Position numbers and translations under genes: made by a program | Source: a virus | Taxonomy: Duplodnaviria; Caudoviricetes | IMG/VR virus record: IMGVR_UViG_3300027373_000195 | Span: 1-27,790 of that record | Strand: one strand, 5' to 3' | DNA: 27,790 nucleotides | Notes under the pieces: model-generated | What the model was told of the DNA's origin: nothing | Database searches by the model: none | Seen by the model: the letters and a program-made list of their open reading frames with translations, nothing else | In this document: positions 8,632-18,038 of the stretch, one piece after another | Layout: every line of letters starts with the position of its first letter | How positions within the stretch are numbered: the first letter of the stretch is position 1

Positions 8632-9719
8632 TACATTTCCTCTGTCTCCAGGTCGATCTCGACATGGTTGTTGGTTTTGTTCCCAAAAGCGAACTTGGTC
8701 CACACTCCAAAGATTTGCAGGGTGTCGAACCAGTCCAGGGCGGGGTCGTCGAGCCCTGTCCACAGGGCCACCTTACCTTCGAGCTCCATTTTTGCGGCAT
8801 TCACCTTGTTGAGCAGGTAACTCGGCAACCTGAGCTTTAATTTCGCCAACGGCAGAGAGCGCTTTACCACGATCTCTTTGTTGCCGTAATTGTCGTAGGT
8901 GTAGTCCGTGAACCCTCTGGTGTCCGCGACCACCGGGCCGATCACGGAACCGATAAAAATATAGGTCCCGAACACCATCGACCCGCACTTGACGTTGCCG
9001 GTGCTACTGGAGAGAGTCACAGTGACGATGATGTCAGAATACGGAGGGAGATCGAATATCACATGGCTTGCCCGGGTGGAAAACGGCTCGAAGGCGAACT
9101 CATAGTAATTGTTGACCTGGCGAGTGTTCAGGTCGAAAACCCCCGTTTTGGACCGTGAGTGGCCATTTGGATAGACCGCCCCGCCACCAGTGACCGACGT
9201 GGCGCTGATCTCCAGACTATTGCCTCGCATCCCGCCGATGCCGATGGTGTTTGCCCGCTGCCGCAAGGCCACCCGCACAGTCAATGGCCCTTCCGTGACG
9301 GTTTGGGTGGTTCTGGATAGGTCAAACATGGCCCACTTGTTGGTAGTGGCCACATTGATCCACCATGCCGTTTTTCTCTCAGGCCATACCGGCAGGGGGT
9401 GCCCGGTATTGTCCGCCGCGAGAGACTCGAAACACCACCGATCGTGCGAGCAGGTGGCACCCAGAGGATAGGTGGCTAGTGAGCTGTATGGCGTCTCTGT
9501 TGGCCCGAGTACTCGCCACCAAAGGGGCGACACTCCAGGGGGGTTTCCTTGATTATCTGGCTCCAGTGACTCGTAGATCTTATAATCACCGGCTACCTTG
9601 CGGATCGCGCCAAGCGGGTAGGTCTCGCCCGAATCCCATTCGGGGGGGGTATGAATTTCAGGCGCAGAGCTGCTGAGCACCATCATGGGGGTGATTTCGA
9701 GGGGCAGGGTCGCTCTCAT
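8631..9719 (-). CDS. Minor tail / tail-tip protein with two N-terminal CBM5/12-like repeats
   Basis: Sits between tape measure and fibre with overlapping start and stop codons. Repeats WDSGETYPLG...YESL..DN.G.P....WW and YSSLATYPLG...FESL..DN.G.P....WW. Confidence 0.7.
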   Translation of the reverse strand: MRATLPLEITPMMVLSSSAPEIHTPPEWDSGETYPLGAIRKVAGDYKIYESLEPDNQGNPPGVSPLWWRVLGPTETPYSSLATYPLGATCSHDRWCFESLAADNTGHPLPVWPERKTAWWINVATTNKWAMFDLSRTTQTVTEGPLTVRVALRQRANTIGIGGMRGNSLEISATSVTGGGAVYPNGHSRSKTGVFDLNTRQVNNYYEFAFEPFSTRASHVIFDLPPYSDIIVTVTLSSSTGNVKCGSMVFGTYIFIGSVIGPVVADTRGFTDYTYDNYGNKEIVVKRSLPLAKLKLRLPSYLLNKVNAAKMELEGKVALWTGLDDPALDWFDTLQIFGVWTKFAFGNKTNNHVEIDLETEEM

Positions 9720-12700
9720 GCGGCTGCCTCTGTCCGCACAGCCCTGCCGCCCCTGGTGACCTTAACCAACACGTCCTCGGTTGATTCGGCCGTTTTTCGC
9801 AGCTTCTCAAGTTCTGTCCTCATTCCTCGCAGTAATGCATTGGTTTCGGCCCGCTCGGAGCGCTCCAAGTCCACAAAAGGCTTAGGCGTAATGGTCTCTC
9901 CGGCGTGTGCGTAGATTGGACCGTCATGGAGCATATAGTTGGTCCCGGTGGCGTAGCCTCTGAGCCGCATGGTGGCAATATCAGCTCCGATCGCGCCGTT
10001 GCGAATCGCCGAAAACAGGGTCGAGCCGGAAAATCCGGAGTCCATCCAGTACTGCTCTCCCGCCTGGTCTGCATCGCGACCGAATAGGACCTGGTAAATG
10101 GCATCAATGGCTGAGGGTGTCGCGGCTGCAGGAACCGCAGCATTGCCGCCTAAACTTATGTCGTTGACCACGGTGGTGAGGCTGGCAAGGGCTGCACCGG
10201 TCAGGCCAAGCTGGCCGGCCAGTGATCCGGCTACCTCCTGCACGGTGTTGAACGACACTCCGAGGTTCGATGCGGCATCTTCGTTGCCCATTAGGGTGGC
10301 AGCAAGCAGTGAGGATGCCGCTGTCGACCCGCCAAGTGACCTGACCAACAGGGTCGCCGCGGTATCCGCTCCGACAAAGGATGCCTCGACCGACTCGGCG
10401 GCTCCGCCTGCGCCGACGAACTGATCGGCCAATCTGTCCGCATCGATCCCAGAGAACGCATCACCTAGCGTCACCGCGATAATGCCAGTGTCCCCGAAAA
10501 TATCGGCTAGGCCTAGCGATTCGAGCGTGGTTGACGCCATCCCCTCCCGGAGAGATTCGACCTGATCCCTTGTGATGCCAAGCATTCCGGATAGCACCCC
10601 CACCTGGTCGCCAGCGGATCCGAAAAGAGCATCCAAAGTGGCAAGGGAGTCGACCGGCGAATTGAGACCGTCAAGCAACGCCTGGGCGGCGTCGGTAGTC
10701 AAGCCGAACTGAGTAGTCAAAATGAAGGTGTCGCTGGTCAATCCGGTCAGCCTGAGTTTGAAGATGTCGGCCTCGGCACCGGTGAGCCCAAGTGTGGCGG
10801 CGAGGGCCGTGGCCGATGTGCCCGGCAGTCCCAGCAGCACCGCCAAAACACCGGCTGACCGGGCCGGATCACTGAGGCCCAAGGCCAGGGCCTCTGCTGC
10901 CGTGCCGGTCAGGCCGAGGGCTGCGGCGATCGCTGCGGCTGCGCCATCCGTGGTATTCACAGAGCCGACAATGGAGGTTAAAAAATCGTCTGTGGCCACC
11001 TCAAACGCGTCGAGATTGGCGATTAATTGCTCGATCTCGGTGGAGGTATCAAACGTGAGACCCTTGGTCAACTCCAGCGCCACCTGGTATTCGGCCTGGG
11101 CTTGGGTATTGGCGGCCACGGCCTCGTTGTACGCCGTGGTGAGACCAGTGACCGAATCAGCGGCGATCACCAGGGTCCGGTCGGTATTGGCACCGGCCTC
11201 AAGGGCCAGCTGCAGATACTCGGCAACCTTGGCATTGGCTGCGTCCAGGGCGGCCTGAGCCTGCTCCATGGGACTGGCTATGGAGGTCGCGGCCTCATCG
11301 GCCCCGGGAGTGATGGCCGAGCGCACCATGAGTAATTGCTGGCGAACAAAGGCCTCGGCCCTGGCATATTCCACCGCGCTGGTGCTGGTCTGCTCCGCTC
11401 GGTTGAGCACGGCCTGGGCTTGGGTAAGGAGCTTGGTCTGGGCATCGGCGTCGCCGGCGGCGGCAGCCGAAGAGGTAACCATCAGCTGGTCTTTGAGGTT
11501 GGCCAAACTGGCGGTGCTTGACGTGGACGGGTCGATGATTGCGAGGAAATCGTCAATGGTTGCGGCAAAGGCCCGGAGGTTGTCGGCGGCCTCCTTGATC
11601 AGGGCGTTGACCTCTTCTTGGGCGGCCAGTTGCTCGTCCTGGGCGGCCCACAGGCCGGCGCTGATATTGTCCCGGGCCGTGGCCACGACGGCCTCGGCGG
11701 CGCTGGCACGGTCGGCAAACGCCTGCACCTGGTCGGCGATGGTTTTCAGGATGCCGGTGACCTTCTCGCCGGCGGTGGCCAGTTCGGCGCGGGCGAGATC
11801 CCTTTGCTGCTCGACCACCTTTTTCAAGGCGATTGCCCTGGCCTCCTCCAGCTGGGTGTATTTTGCCATATCCACACCGGCGGTCTTCAGGGCCTCGGAG
11901 TAGCCATCAAACTGGAGGTTGATGGACCGGATAGCCAGCTCGTATTCGCTCAACCCGTTGGTGTCGATGATCTCCTGGATAGGCTCCATGGCCTGCCCGA
12001 TCTGGGCGATGATGTCCGAGACGCTGGAGATGGCAGCGGTCCCTGCCTCGATGTCGCCGCCTTTGATCTGGAGCGCAGCGGCGGAGAATGCCTCTTCTAT
12101 GTTCGCCTGCACCTGGTCCGTGAGCATTGCCCACGCGGCGGTGTCCTCCAGCAGGCCGCCGGCCCCCTTCAGGGAGACAAAATCACCAAGGGCGTGGGAA
12201 TAGACCTCGCTCACTTTTGCGTCGAGCCCTTTGGCATAAGCCTCGGCAATCTGCTTCAGCGCGGTTTCAGCGTCCTTGGCTTTCCACTCGCCTTCCGAGG
12301 CTTTGGCCAGGATAGCGGTCATATCAGTAGACGCCAACTCGGCCATCATCTGATCCCGCATCTCTGCCGGAAGCGTCGCCGTAAACTCTTTCAGCGTCTC
12401 GTCGAATGAGTCCTGGATCGTGGCCACGGTCGAACTATAGGCCGACAGGATGGGGTGATACCACTGGGCGGTCTCGTTGAAGTTAGGGTCGTAGACATGA
12501 GCCTCGGGGACAAACCCTTTGCCTGCGGTGTAATGGGAGTTCTCGGCGGCTACCGACTGCGGGACGCCAAAATCGTCTTCTTTCTCCTTAAACATCGACC
12601 CCATGATGCTGGAGCCGGCGATTGCCCCGAGAGCCGCGCCTATAACCCCTCCTACAGCGGTTCCAACGCCTGGCCAGATATACGTCCCAATCGCCGCCCC

Positions 12701-15208
12701 AGCCTTCATCCCCCCCCATGCCCCAACACCTGCCCCGACACCCTTGGCGGCGGCCTTCGCGAAGTCCTCGCCGCTGAGTAACCCAGACACAAACGTCAGT
12801 ATCCCTGCAGACCAGCCGGCAAACGCCGACGTGGACATGTCAGAGATCGATTCGGCCAGGGTGGTGGCCCCGACATTGTCGGCGAATATCGCCGCGTTCT
12901 GCACCGCCAGCTCCTGCCCGGCGACACTGGTGAGGGCCGATGTATTGTAGGCGTACCCCGACAAGGAGCTGCCCGTGACTGCGCTCCCGAGCAATGATGT
13001 CCCCGTCGACGTAAGATTGTTGATCGTTCCCACATCCGTACCGGCAGCCTGGGCGATCCCCGCGTTTGACACTCCCATGGCGCTACCGACTGCGGCGATC
13101 ATGGGGATAATAATGGGTTTGGCAATTGCCATCGTGGCCAGCTGCGCCAACATCTTGACAAACATGGCCTTGATGCTGCCGACCAGCTGCTGCATGGTGT
13201 TGGCGCCGCCAGAGAAGATATCCTCGAACATGCTGGCGAATCCGCTCTGGATGTTCTTGGCCACGTCCTCAAACATCTTTGACATTTCAGATGTTTTTTC
13301 GTTCACCGCTCCAATGTCGCGCTGGAGCTGGACGCCGAAGGCTTGGTGGTATTGATCAGCCACATCTCTGGTTATGTCGCCGGACGCGACCAGCAGCTCG
13401 ATACGTTTCTCGATCAGTGCGTTTGCCCGCTGAAGATCATCGATTTCTTTTCCCGCAGCGCTCATGTTGACCTGGGCAACCTTCACATCCCAGTCTGCCA
13501 ATGATTCCCGGGCCGCTTTTAACTCCCTTGTTTTCTCTGCGTTGACAGACAAGGTGGACGCGAGGTTTTCGAGCGCTGTTTTGTACTGTTCAGCCGTGAG
13601 CGCCGGGGCCATCTTGTTGAGGATGTCCAGCTGCTTGTTGTATTCGCGTTGCTCGGCCTCCAGGGGCAGGAGCTTGTCGAGGACGGCTTGATGCTCTTGG
13701 GCCAGTTTTTTAGCGGCCGACTCGGCTTTATTGGACGCCGTTTCTGCCCGTTTGCTTTCCTGCTCATCCAGATCGGCCACCTTGGCCCGATACGCCAGTT
13801 CCACCTTAGCCCGCTCGGCATCGTTCCTGGCGCCCTTGAGCATCTCCTCTCTTTCCCGGGCCAGCGCCTCGCGGCGGGTCTCGGTGTAGGCGATGGTCTT
13901 TTCGTGGGCCTCCTCGGTGGCCTTCATGGTGCTTTCGGACTGGGTTTTCACGCCGAGGAGGTGGAAGGCCAACTCCTTGTTCCCTTCCGCTGCCATCCTG
14001 GTGGCAGTCACCACCGTATTCATACTTTTCCCGACCGCTTCGCCGGTGACGTATGCCGAGGACGTCAGGTCCTTGATCCCATCTTTGAGCGTGGCGATTT
14101 GCTCGCCGTAGATGCGCAAACTCTCGGCCTTGACACCTGGCAGCATGCTTTCGTTCGACGTGACAACCGCGATTTTAGCCTCTATCTCGGCAATCTCTTT
14201 TTTGATTTTCCCCGACGCCGTAACGACAGCGGCCATCTTGTTGATGCTTGCTCCAGCGGCTTCAGCCATCATCTCGGCGCCGCCCTGGGAAATAATGGCC
14301 CCGTTGGCCATTTCCTTAAAAAAACCGATAATCCCCGCACGATTCCGGTCAATACTGTCCGCAATCCCATCAATCGAGCTGGCAATTCCGGCCGTCGCAC
14401 CAGACGCCTTGTTAGCGTCTGCCACAAGCGCGCTGAGGGCGTTGTAAAGCTTCTCGCTGGCTGTGCCGACAGTCACCGGCATGCGTTCAAATTCGCTATT
14501 CACCCCGGCCGCCCCGGCCATGATGGCATTGCGCAACACATCACCGGTGATCTCCCCGGCCTCGGCCATGGCGCGCAGTTCGCCGCGACTCTTGCCCGTG
14601 TAGGCCGTGAGCATGTCAATGACCCGCCCGCCGGACTCCATCACCGAGTTGAACTCATCACCACGCAGTACGCCCGAAGCAAAACCCTGGGACAACTGCA
14701 CCATTGCGGCCGACTGCTCCTGGGTGTTTGCCCCGGAGATCACAAAGGCCTTATTCAGGGCCTCGGTGATCGTCAAAAGCTCAGACTGAGCGATATTCTG
14801 TCCCTTGGTAGCCTGGGCGAATCGGCTGTAGACGTCGGCGGTGGCGATGTATTCGGTTCGGGACCTTTGGGCGATGTCGTAGAGGGCCGTCTGCACCGAT
14901 GCCAGCTCGGCAGACGAGCCGGTGACCAGCTTCAGGCGGCCTTCGATGCGGGTGTAGGCGTCGGCCAATTCGATGAGCTTGTCCAGGGCCATGACTGAGG
15001 CGAGGGAGACGAGGGTAGACTTCATCAGCGACGTCGCCGCGCTCGCCTTCGTAATCCCTCCCTCGGCCTTCATTGATGCTTGGTGCACGGACCCCAAACC
15101 ACGCGACGCCTCGGCGCCCGCGACCGCCGCATCCTTGCCAAATTGACGGATCTTCACAGACCCTTTATCGTCGACTTCAATGGCAATTTTCAGCGTGGAT
15201 GAATTCAT
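9716..15208 (-). CDS. Tail tape measure protein, 1830 aa
   Basis: N-terminal tape-measure domain (ADAYTRIEGRLKLV...QLSQGFASGVLRGDEFNSVME), long Ala-rich helical body, Gly-rich hydrophobic segments, C-terminal YATGT...HAGETITP motif; follows the chaperone pair. Confidence 0.93.
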   Translation of the reverse strand: MNSSTLKIAIEVDDKGSVKIRQFGKDAAVAGAEASRGLGSVHQASMKAEGGITKASAATSLMKSTLVSLASVMALDKLIELADAYTRIEGRLKLVTGSSAELASVQTALYDIAQRSRTEYIATADVYSRFAQATKGQNIAQSELLTITEALNKAFVISGANTQEQSAAMVQLSQGFASGVLRGDEFNSVMESGGRVIDMLTAYTGKSRGELRAMAEAGEITGDVLRNAIMAGAAGVNSEFERMPVTVGTASEKLYNALSALVADANKASGATAGIASSIDGIADSIDRNRAGIIGFFKEMANGAIISQGGAEMMAEAAGASINKMAAVVTASGKIKKEIAEIEAKIAVVTSNESMLPGVKAESLRIYGEQIATLKDGIKDLTSSAYVTGEAVGKSMNTVVTATRMAAEGNKELAFHLLGVKTQSESTMKATEEAHEKTIAYTETRREALAREREEMLKGARNDAERAKVELAYRAKVADLDEQESKRAETASNKAESAAKKLAQEHQAVLDKLLPLEAEQREYNKQLDILNKMAPALTAEQYKTALENLASTLSVNAEKTRELKAARESLADWDVKVAQVNMSAAGKEIDDLQRANALIEKRIELLVASGDITRDVADQYHQAFGVQLQRDIGAVNEKTSEMSKMFEDVAKNIQSGFASMFEDIFSGGANTMQQLVGSIKAMFVKMLAQLATMAIAKPIIIPMIAAVGSAMGVSNAGIAQAAGTDVGTINNLTSTGTSLLGSAVTGSSLSGYAYNTSALTSVAGQELAVQNAAIFADNVGATTLAESISDMSTSAFAGWSAGILTFVSGLLSGEDFAKAAAKGVGAGVGAWGGMKAGAAIGTYIWPGVGTAVGGVIGAALGAIAGSSIMGSMFKEKEDDFGVPQSVAAENSHYTAGKGFVPEAHVYDPNFNETAQWYHPILSAYSSTVATIQDSFDETLKEFTATLPAEMRDQMMAELASTDMTAILAKASEGEWKAKDAETALKQIAEAYAKGLDAKVSEVYSHALGDFVSLKGAGGLLEDTAAWAMLTDQVQANIEEAFSAAALQIKGGDIEAGTAAISSVSDIIAQIGQAMEPIQEIIDTNGLSEYELAIRSINLQFDGYSEALKTAGVDMAKYTQLEEARAIALKKVVEQQRDLARAELATAGEKVTGILKTIADQVQAFADRASAAEAVVATARDNISAGLWAAQDEQLAAQEEVNALIKEAADNLRAFAATIDDFLAIIDPSTSSTASLANLKDQLMVTSSAAAAGDADAQTKLLTQAQAVLNRAEQTSTSAVEYARAEAFVRQQLLMVRSAITPGADEAATSIASPMEQAQAALDAANAKVAEYLQLALEAGANTDRTLVIAADSVTGLTTAYNEAVAANTQAQAEYQVALELTKGLTFDTSTEIEQLIANLDAFEVATDDFLTSIVGSVNTTDGAAAAIAAALGLTGTAAEALALGLSDPARSAGVLAVLLGLPGTSATALAATLGLTGAEADIFKLRLTGLTSDTFILTTQFGLTTDAAQALLDGLNSPVDSLATLDALFGSAGDQVGVLSGMLGITRDQVESLREGMASTTLESLGLADIFGDTGIIAVTLGDAFSGIDADRLADQFVGAGGAAESVEASFVGADTAATLLVRSLGGSTAASSLLAATLMGNEDAASNLGVSFNTVQEVAGSLAGQLGLTGAALASLTTVVNDISLGGNAAVPAAATPSAIDAIYQVLFGRDADQAGEQYWMDSGFSGSTLFSAIRNGAIGADIATMRLRGYATGTNYMLHDGPIYAHAGETITPKPFVDLERSERAETNALLRGMRTELEKLRKTAESTEDVLVKVTRGGRAVRTEAAA

Positions 15209-15211
15209 GAT

Positions 15212-15523
15212 TTAACCGTGCATTAAAGGGCAGTTTTTTGGGGGTTCAAGGGCCTGCTTGATCCAGCCCAGGTCCATCCATTCCTCGGCCGAGAGTTCGT
15301 CGTTGTCGATCACATAGCCCCCGGCCTGTAAGGACCGGAGGCGTAACAGCTTGTGGGTGTAGGGGTTGAGGTCGCTCGATCGTTTCTTGGGGCAGTTTTC
15401 ACAGGCCCATTCAAGCGCCGTTTCGTCGCCGTCGTCCCCCACGTTTTCGGCCCGGCACTTTGATTCCTCGTCCGGCGTGCACAGACCCCGCTTGAGGGCT
15501 TCGAGGTCTGCTTTTATTCCCCC
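15212..15523 (-). CDS. Tail assembly chaperone 'T' part, reached by -1 frameshift (G-T fusion)
   Basis: The -1 frame is open from the slippery site GGGGGAA (15517-15523) through GIKADLEALKRGLCTPDEESKCRAENVGDDGDETALEWACENCP to the stop at 15212. Confidence 0.75.
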   Translation of the reverse strand, partial: GGIKADLEALKRGLCTPDEESKCRAENVGDDGDETALEWACENCPKKRSSDLNPYTHKLLRLRSLQAGGYVIDNDELSAEEWMDLGWIKQALEPPKNCPLMHG

Positions 15524-15960
15524 GACAGATCCTCTTCCGGTTCGCTGCCGGCACCGGCATCAGGCTCGTCATCGTCATCCTGGGTGACCAGGGAGGGCGA
15601 GCCATCAAAGACCTGCCCGGCCAGCGCCATCACCAGATCTCCGCAATCCTTTTCAATCTCCTCCCTCCAGCCGGAGAAATAATTCGGGCTGGAGGGATCG
15701 CTGGACATGGGCACCTGATCCTTGCCCTGCATCCGCACAAAGTCGCCATCCCGGACACCAGTGAGGATTTTAAGGCCGAATCTCATCCGGGCCTCGGCGT
15801 GGTGCATGGTTACCTTCTTGCCTTTGCGCTGCACGGCCGCGTTCACGTAGCCTTGGCGCTCAGTGGTGGTCGGCATCCGAAAGTAAAGGCCGAGCTCGCT
15901 CCCCGAGATGGGGTCATCAAAAATCAGTTCGTTTTGTGCTGCTCCGACAATTCTAGGCAT
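15514..15960 (-). CDS. Tail assembly chaperone (gpG-equivalent)
   Basis: Between tube and tape measure genes; GGAG SD; acidic C-terminus ending at a slippery sequence. Confidence 0.75.
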   Translation of the reverse strand: MPRIVGAAQNELIFDDPISGSELGLYFRMPTTTERQGYVNAAVQRKGKKVTMHHAEARMRFGLKILTGVRDGDFVRMQGKDQVPMSSDPSSPNYFSGWREEIEKDCGDLVMALAGQVFDGSPSLVTQDDDDEPDAGAGSEPEEDLSGE

Positions 15961-16061
15961 TGAGTTCTCCGTTTTGCTTGGTGGATTTTTTTAAAGGGTG
16001 CCGCCGTCCACCCTGCCCACCAAGCGGGAGGACAGAGCTTCGGGCGGCATTGGTTTCAGGG

Positions 16062-17333
16062 TCAGACCGCGTAGGCGCTGACCAGGTTCTTGACCCGGGC
16101 GATAACCGAACCATAGGTGCCGTCCTGCAGCACCTGCAGGTCGCCGGCCTCGGCGATCCGCTTGCCATCGGTGGATATCGGGGCACTCAGCAGCCCCAGG
16201 CGCGGAAAAATCAGCTCCAGGGTGTAGTTGTGGCCGGTGTCGAACTCGACCCCCTCGCAGATGATATGCAGCCCGAAATACTCATTCGTGGCCATGTACT
16301 GCTGCAGGAGCATGTTGCGCATCTCGCGGCTCAGCTTGATGGTCTGGCTGCGGCCATCGCGGAAACATTTGCCCGCATAGGCCCCGCCGGCGCAGAGCGT
16401 AAACTCCACCTGTAGGTTATTGGACAGCGAGTATTCACAGCTCTTGATCTCGCTACCGATGGCCTTGCCGCCGACAAATTCAGTCCCGGTCCAGGTGCCT
16501 CCCAGGTGTAGACAGGCTTGCCCCATCTTCAGCATGGTTTCGATAATCCGAGGGGGGAAGGTTGCCCAGGCCGGCTCGGTGGGGGTGTACAACACCTTGT
16601 AGGTGGTCGACACCCCGGTTCCGGCCAGTGAGGCGATGGTCAGCACCGCCGGGTTGGCGCCGGAGACCGCTGAGACCGTGGCGAACTTGACCCCGCCGCC
16701 CACAGTGGCCCGGACGATCTGGACCGAGTCCAGTCGCTCGGCGGCCGTTGCCCCCTGCACCGCACCGGCCAGGGTCAGGCTGGTGACATTATCAAGCGCG
16801 GTGACCTCCTCCTCAATCACGGTATCGGCAAAGAGACCGGTGGCCTTGATCGAGGCAGACCCCTTGATCCAATCACCCTTGGCGATGGTCAGGCTCAGGC
16901 TGTCGATGAAGCAGCTGGCCAGGCGTCGCTTGTTGATGGTCTGGCCGATCCGCTGCGCTGCCGTGAAGCTCGGGTTGGACCGGTCCATGTCCACATCGCC
17001 GCTGATCGGGGTGATGGTGTGCAGGTATCCAGATCCGGCGGCGGTGGTGACGACGTTGCCCAGGCCGAAGGCCAACATAAAGGCCGCCTGGTGCGGCTGC
17101 AATTTATTGAAGGTAAAATTGCCGGAGGCGGTTGCGCCGTTGTCATAGATGAGATCGGCCTCTTCCCGGCCGTTGGCCTCATCGGCGTTATTCTCCCGGC
17201 GCACGTCGAGGTTGAGATAATCGCCAACGTCGATCAGCAGGGTGGTGTCCAGGGTCTGCGGGGTGTTGATTGCGGTCTCTTTCGCGTTTGCGGAGACAGC
17301 GGTCAGGTTGAGCCCGGCTCGCGAATTAGGCAT
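16062..17333 (-). CDS. Major tail (tube) protein, 423 aa
   Basis: Position before the chaperones; beta-rich, with YLHTITP...PSFTAAQ and LELIFPRL features typical of tube proteins; AAGGAG SD. Confidence 0.75.
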   Translation of the reverse strand: MPNSRAGLNLTAVSANAKETAINTPQTLDTTLLIDVGDYLNLDVRRENNADEANGREEADLIYDNGATASGNFTFNKLQPHQAAFMLAFGLGNVVTTAAGSGYLHTITPISGDVDMDRSNPSFTAAQRIGQTINKRRLASCFIDSLSLTIAKGDWIKGSASIKATGLFADTVIEEEVTALDNVTSLTLAGAVQGATAAERLDSVQIVRATVGGGVKFATVSAVSGANPAVLTIASLAGTGVSTTYKVLYTPTEPAWATFPPRIIETMLKMGQACLHLGGTWTGTEFVGGKAIGSEIKSCEYSLSNNLQVEFTLCAGGAYAGKCFRDGRSQTIKLSREMRNMLLQQYMATNEYFGLHIICEGVEFDTGHNYTLELIFPRLGLLSAPISTDGKRIAEAGDLQVLQDGTYGSVIARVKNLVSAYAV

Positions 17334-17586
17334 CGGTCATCTCCTTATCTTTTTTCTGGCCCTTGGTCCGGGCCGATTCCGTCGGTTGCGGCTCGCTGTC
17401 GTTTACGGCAGCAGCAGCGGTCTCCTCCTGGCGCATCTTTTCGATGATCACCTCGCCGCTGTGCTCGAACCGATGATTCAGCCCGTCAGGGATCTCCTGG
17501 TACCCAATGCCGTGGGAAAAACTCCTGCCCACCATCGGCCCGTCCACCATTTCAAAGGGTGGTTGATTCTTTTTCAATTGCCACAT
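17326..17586 (-). CDS. Small hypothetical phage protein
   Basis: GGAGG 5 nt before ATG 17586 (MWQLKK...); alternative coupled start at 17607. Confidence 0.65.
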   Translation of the reverse strand: MWQLKKNQPPFEMVDGPMVGRSFSHGIGYQEIPDGLNHRFEHSGEVIIEKMRQEETAAAAVNDSEPQPTESARTKGQKKDKEMTDA

Positions 17587-17603
17587 AAACCCCTCCAGGT
17601 AAC

Positions 17604-18038
17604 TCATCTCTGCACGGTGTAGATCATGGTCCGCACCAGCTTGACGATCCATTGTGTGTTTTCCGCCTGATACAATTCAGTCGGCCGATCCATGCCGATT
17701 TTCACCCCCTGGATACCCGTGAATCCTTGATCCCAAAAGGTCGACAGGAGTGCGCTTGCCTCATCGAGCAAAGGGAAAACACCCTCATTGCCGACGATTG
17801 CGGTCCCGCCATCGACAGTCATGCGGGCAAACCCCACCAAGTCAACGGTTGCCGTCAGCTCGATGATCCCACAGGTCAGCTCCATCCGGGTGATGCCAGC
17901 ATCCTTGATGCCGATACACGGCTGCCGGGTACCGGTGGGCATCCAGTTCTCATGGGGAGTGATATAACAGTCGCTTGGCCGATTGAATCGGGCCATCCGC
18001 CGAAGCACTGCTTGCACCTCCGGCAGTAAAAGGTTCAC
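17604..18038 (-). CDS. Putative tail terminator / neck protein (Mu gp37-equivalent position)
   Basis: GTGA overlap with the gp36-like gene; size and synteny only. Confidence 0.6.
   Translation of the reverse strand: MNLLLPEVQAVLRRMARFNRPSDCYITPHENWMPTGTRQPCIGIKDAGITRMELTCGIIELTATVDLVGFARMTVDGGTAIVGNEGVFPLLDEASALLSTFWDQGFTGIQGVKIGMDRPTELYQAENTQWIVKLVRTMIYTVQR

Noticed and set aside
13649-14998. 449-aa plus-strand ORF and the other plus-strand ORFs across the prophage
   Set aside because: Antisense shadows of well-supported phage genes.
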